A stretch of 64,000 nucleotides of DNA from a virus: the IMG/VR virus record IMGVR_UViG_3300035698_012898, positions 1 to 64,000 of that record; one strand, 5' to 3'. This document shows, piece by piece, positions 63,975 through 64,000 of this stretch. Numbering within the stretch: the first letter of the stretch is position 1; the number at the start of each line of letters is the position of its first letter. The notes under the pieces were generated by a model, which ran no database searches, was not told the DNA's origin, and worked only from the letters and a program-made list of their open reading frames with translations. The position numbers were made by a program, and so were the translations under genes.

Positions 63975-64000
63975 TATTCCTCCCACAATGTTAATCGGTT

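Overview
The window is an internal ~64 kb segment of a large, long-tailed dsDNA bacteriophage (siphovirus-like) with essentially all genes on the minus strand. In transcription order (right to left) it holds: small accessory genes (HNH, HNH-AP2, MT-A70 methyltransferase); portal with its own sigma70-like promoter and no adjacent terminase; a ParB-like + TET-associated-type glycosyltransferase pair; two lipoproteins and a membrane protein; a MuF head protein with a C-terminal zinc-peptidase toxin-like domain and a putative immunity gene; prohead protease; major capsid protein; a 12 kb glycan-synthesis/tailoring cluster between capsid and head-tail connector (GT9-GT4-GT4 fusion, Gmd, two GT2, three SAM transferases, CmoA-like carboxy-SAM synthase, sulfotransferase-like protein, CgeB-type GT); neck and tail genes with a -1 frameshift chaperone, tape measure, BACON-repeat and signal-peptide-bearing fibre proteins; lysis genes; DnaB and primase; a near-consensus early promoter followed by a ~1.1 kb structured non-coding region containing a perfect 25 bp inverted repeat; RavA/ViaA-like AAA+/vWA genes; an SNF2 helicase interrupted by one in-frame TGA; a sigma-like factor; and a UDG-exonuclease-PolA fusion running off the left edge. 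The strongest novelty candidates are the capsid-linked glycosylation/carboxymethylation cluster and the large structured early ncRNA. All calls come from motif recognition by eye; no searches were run.
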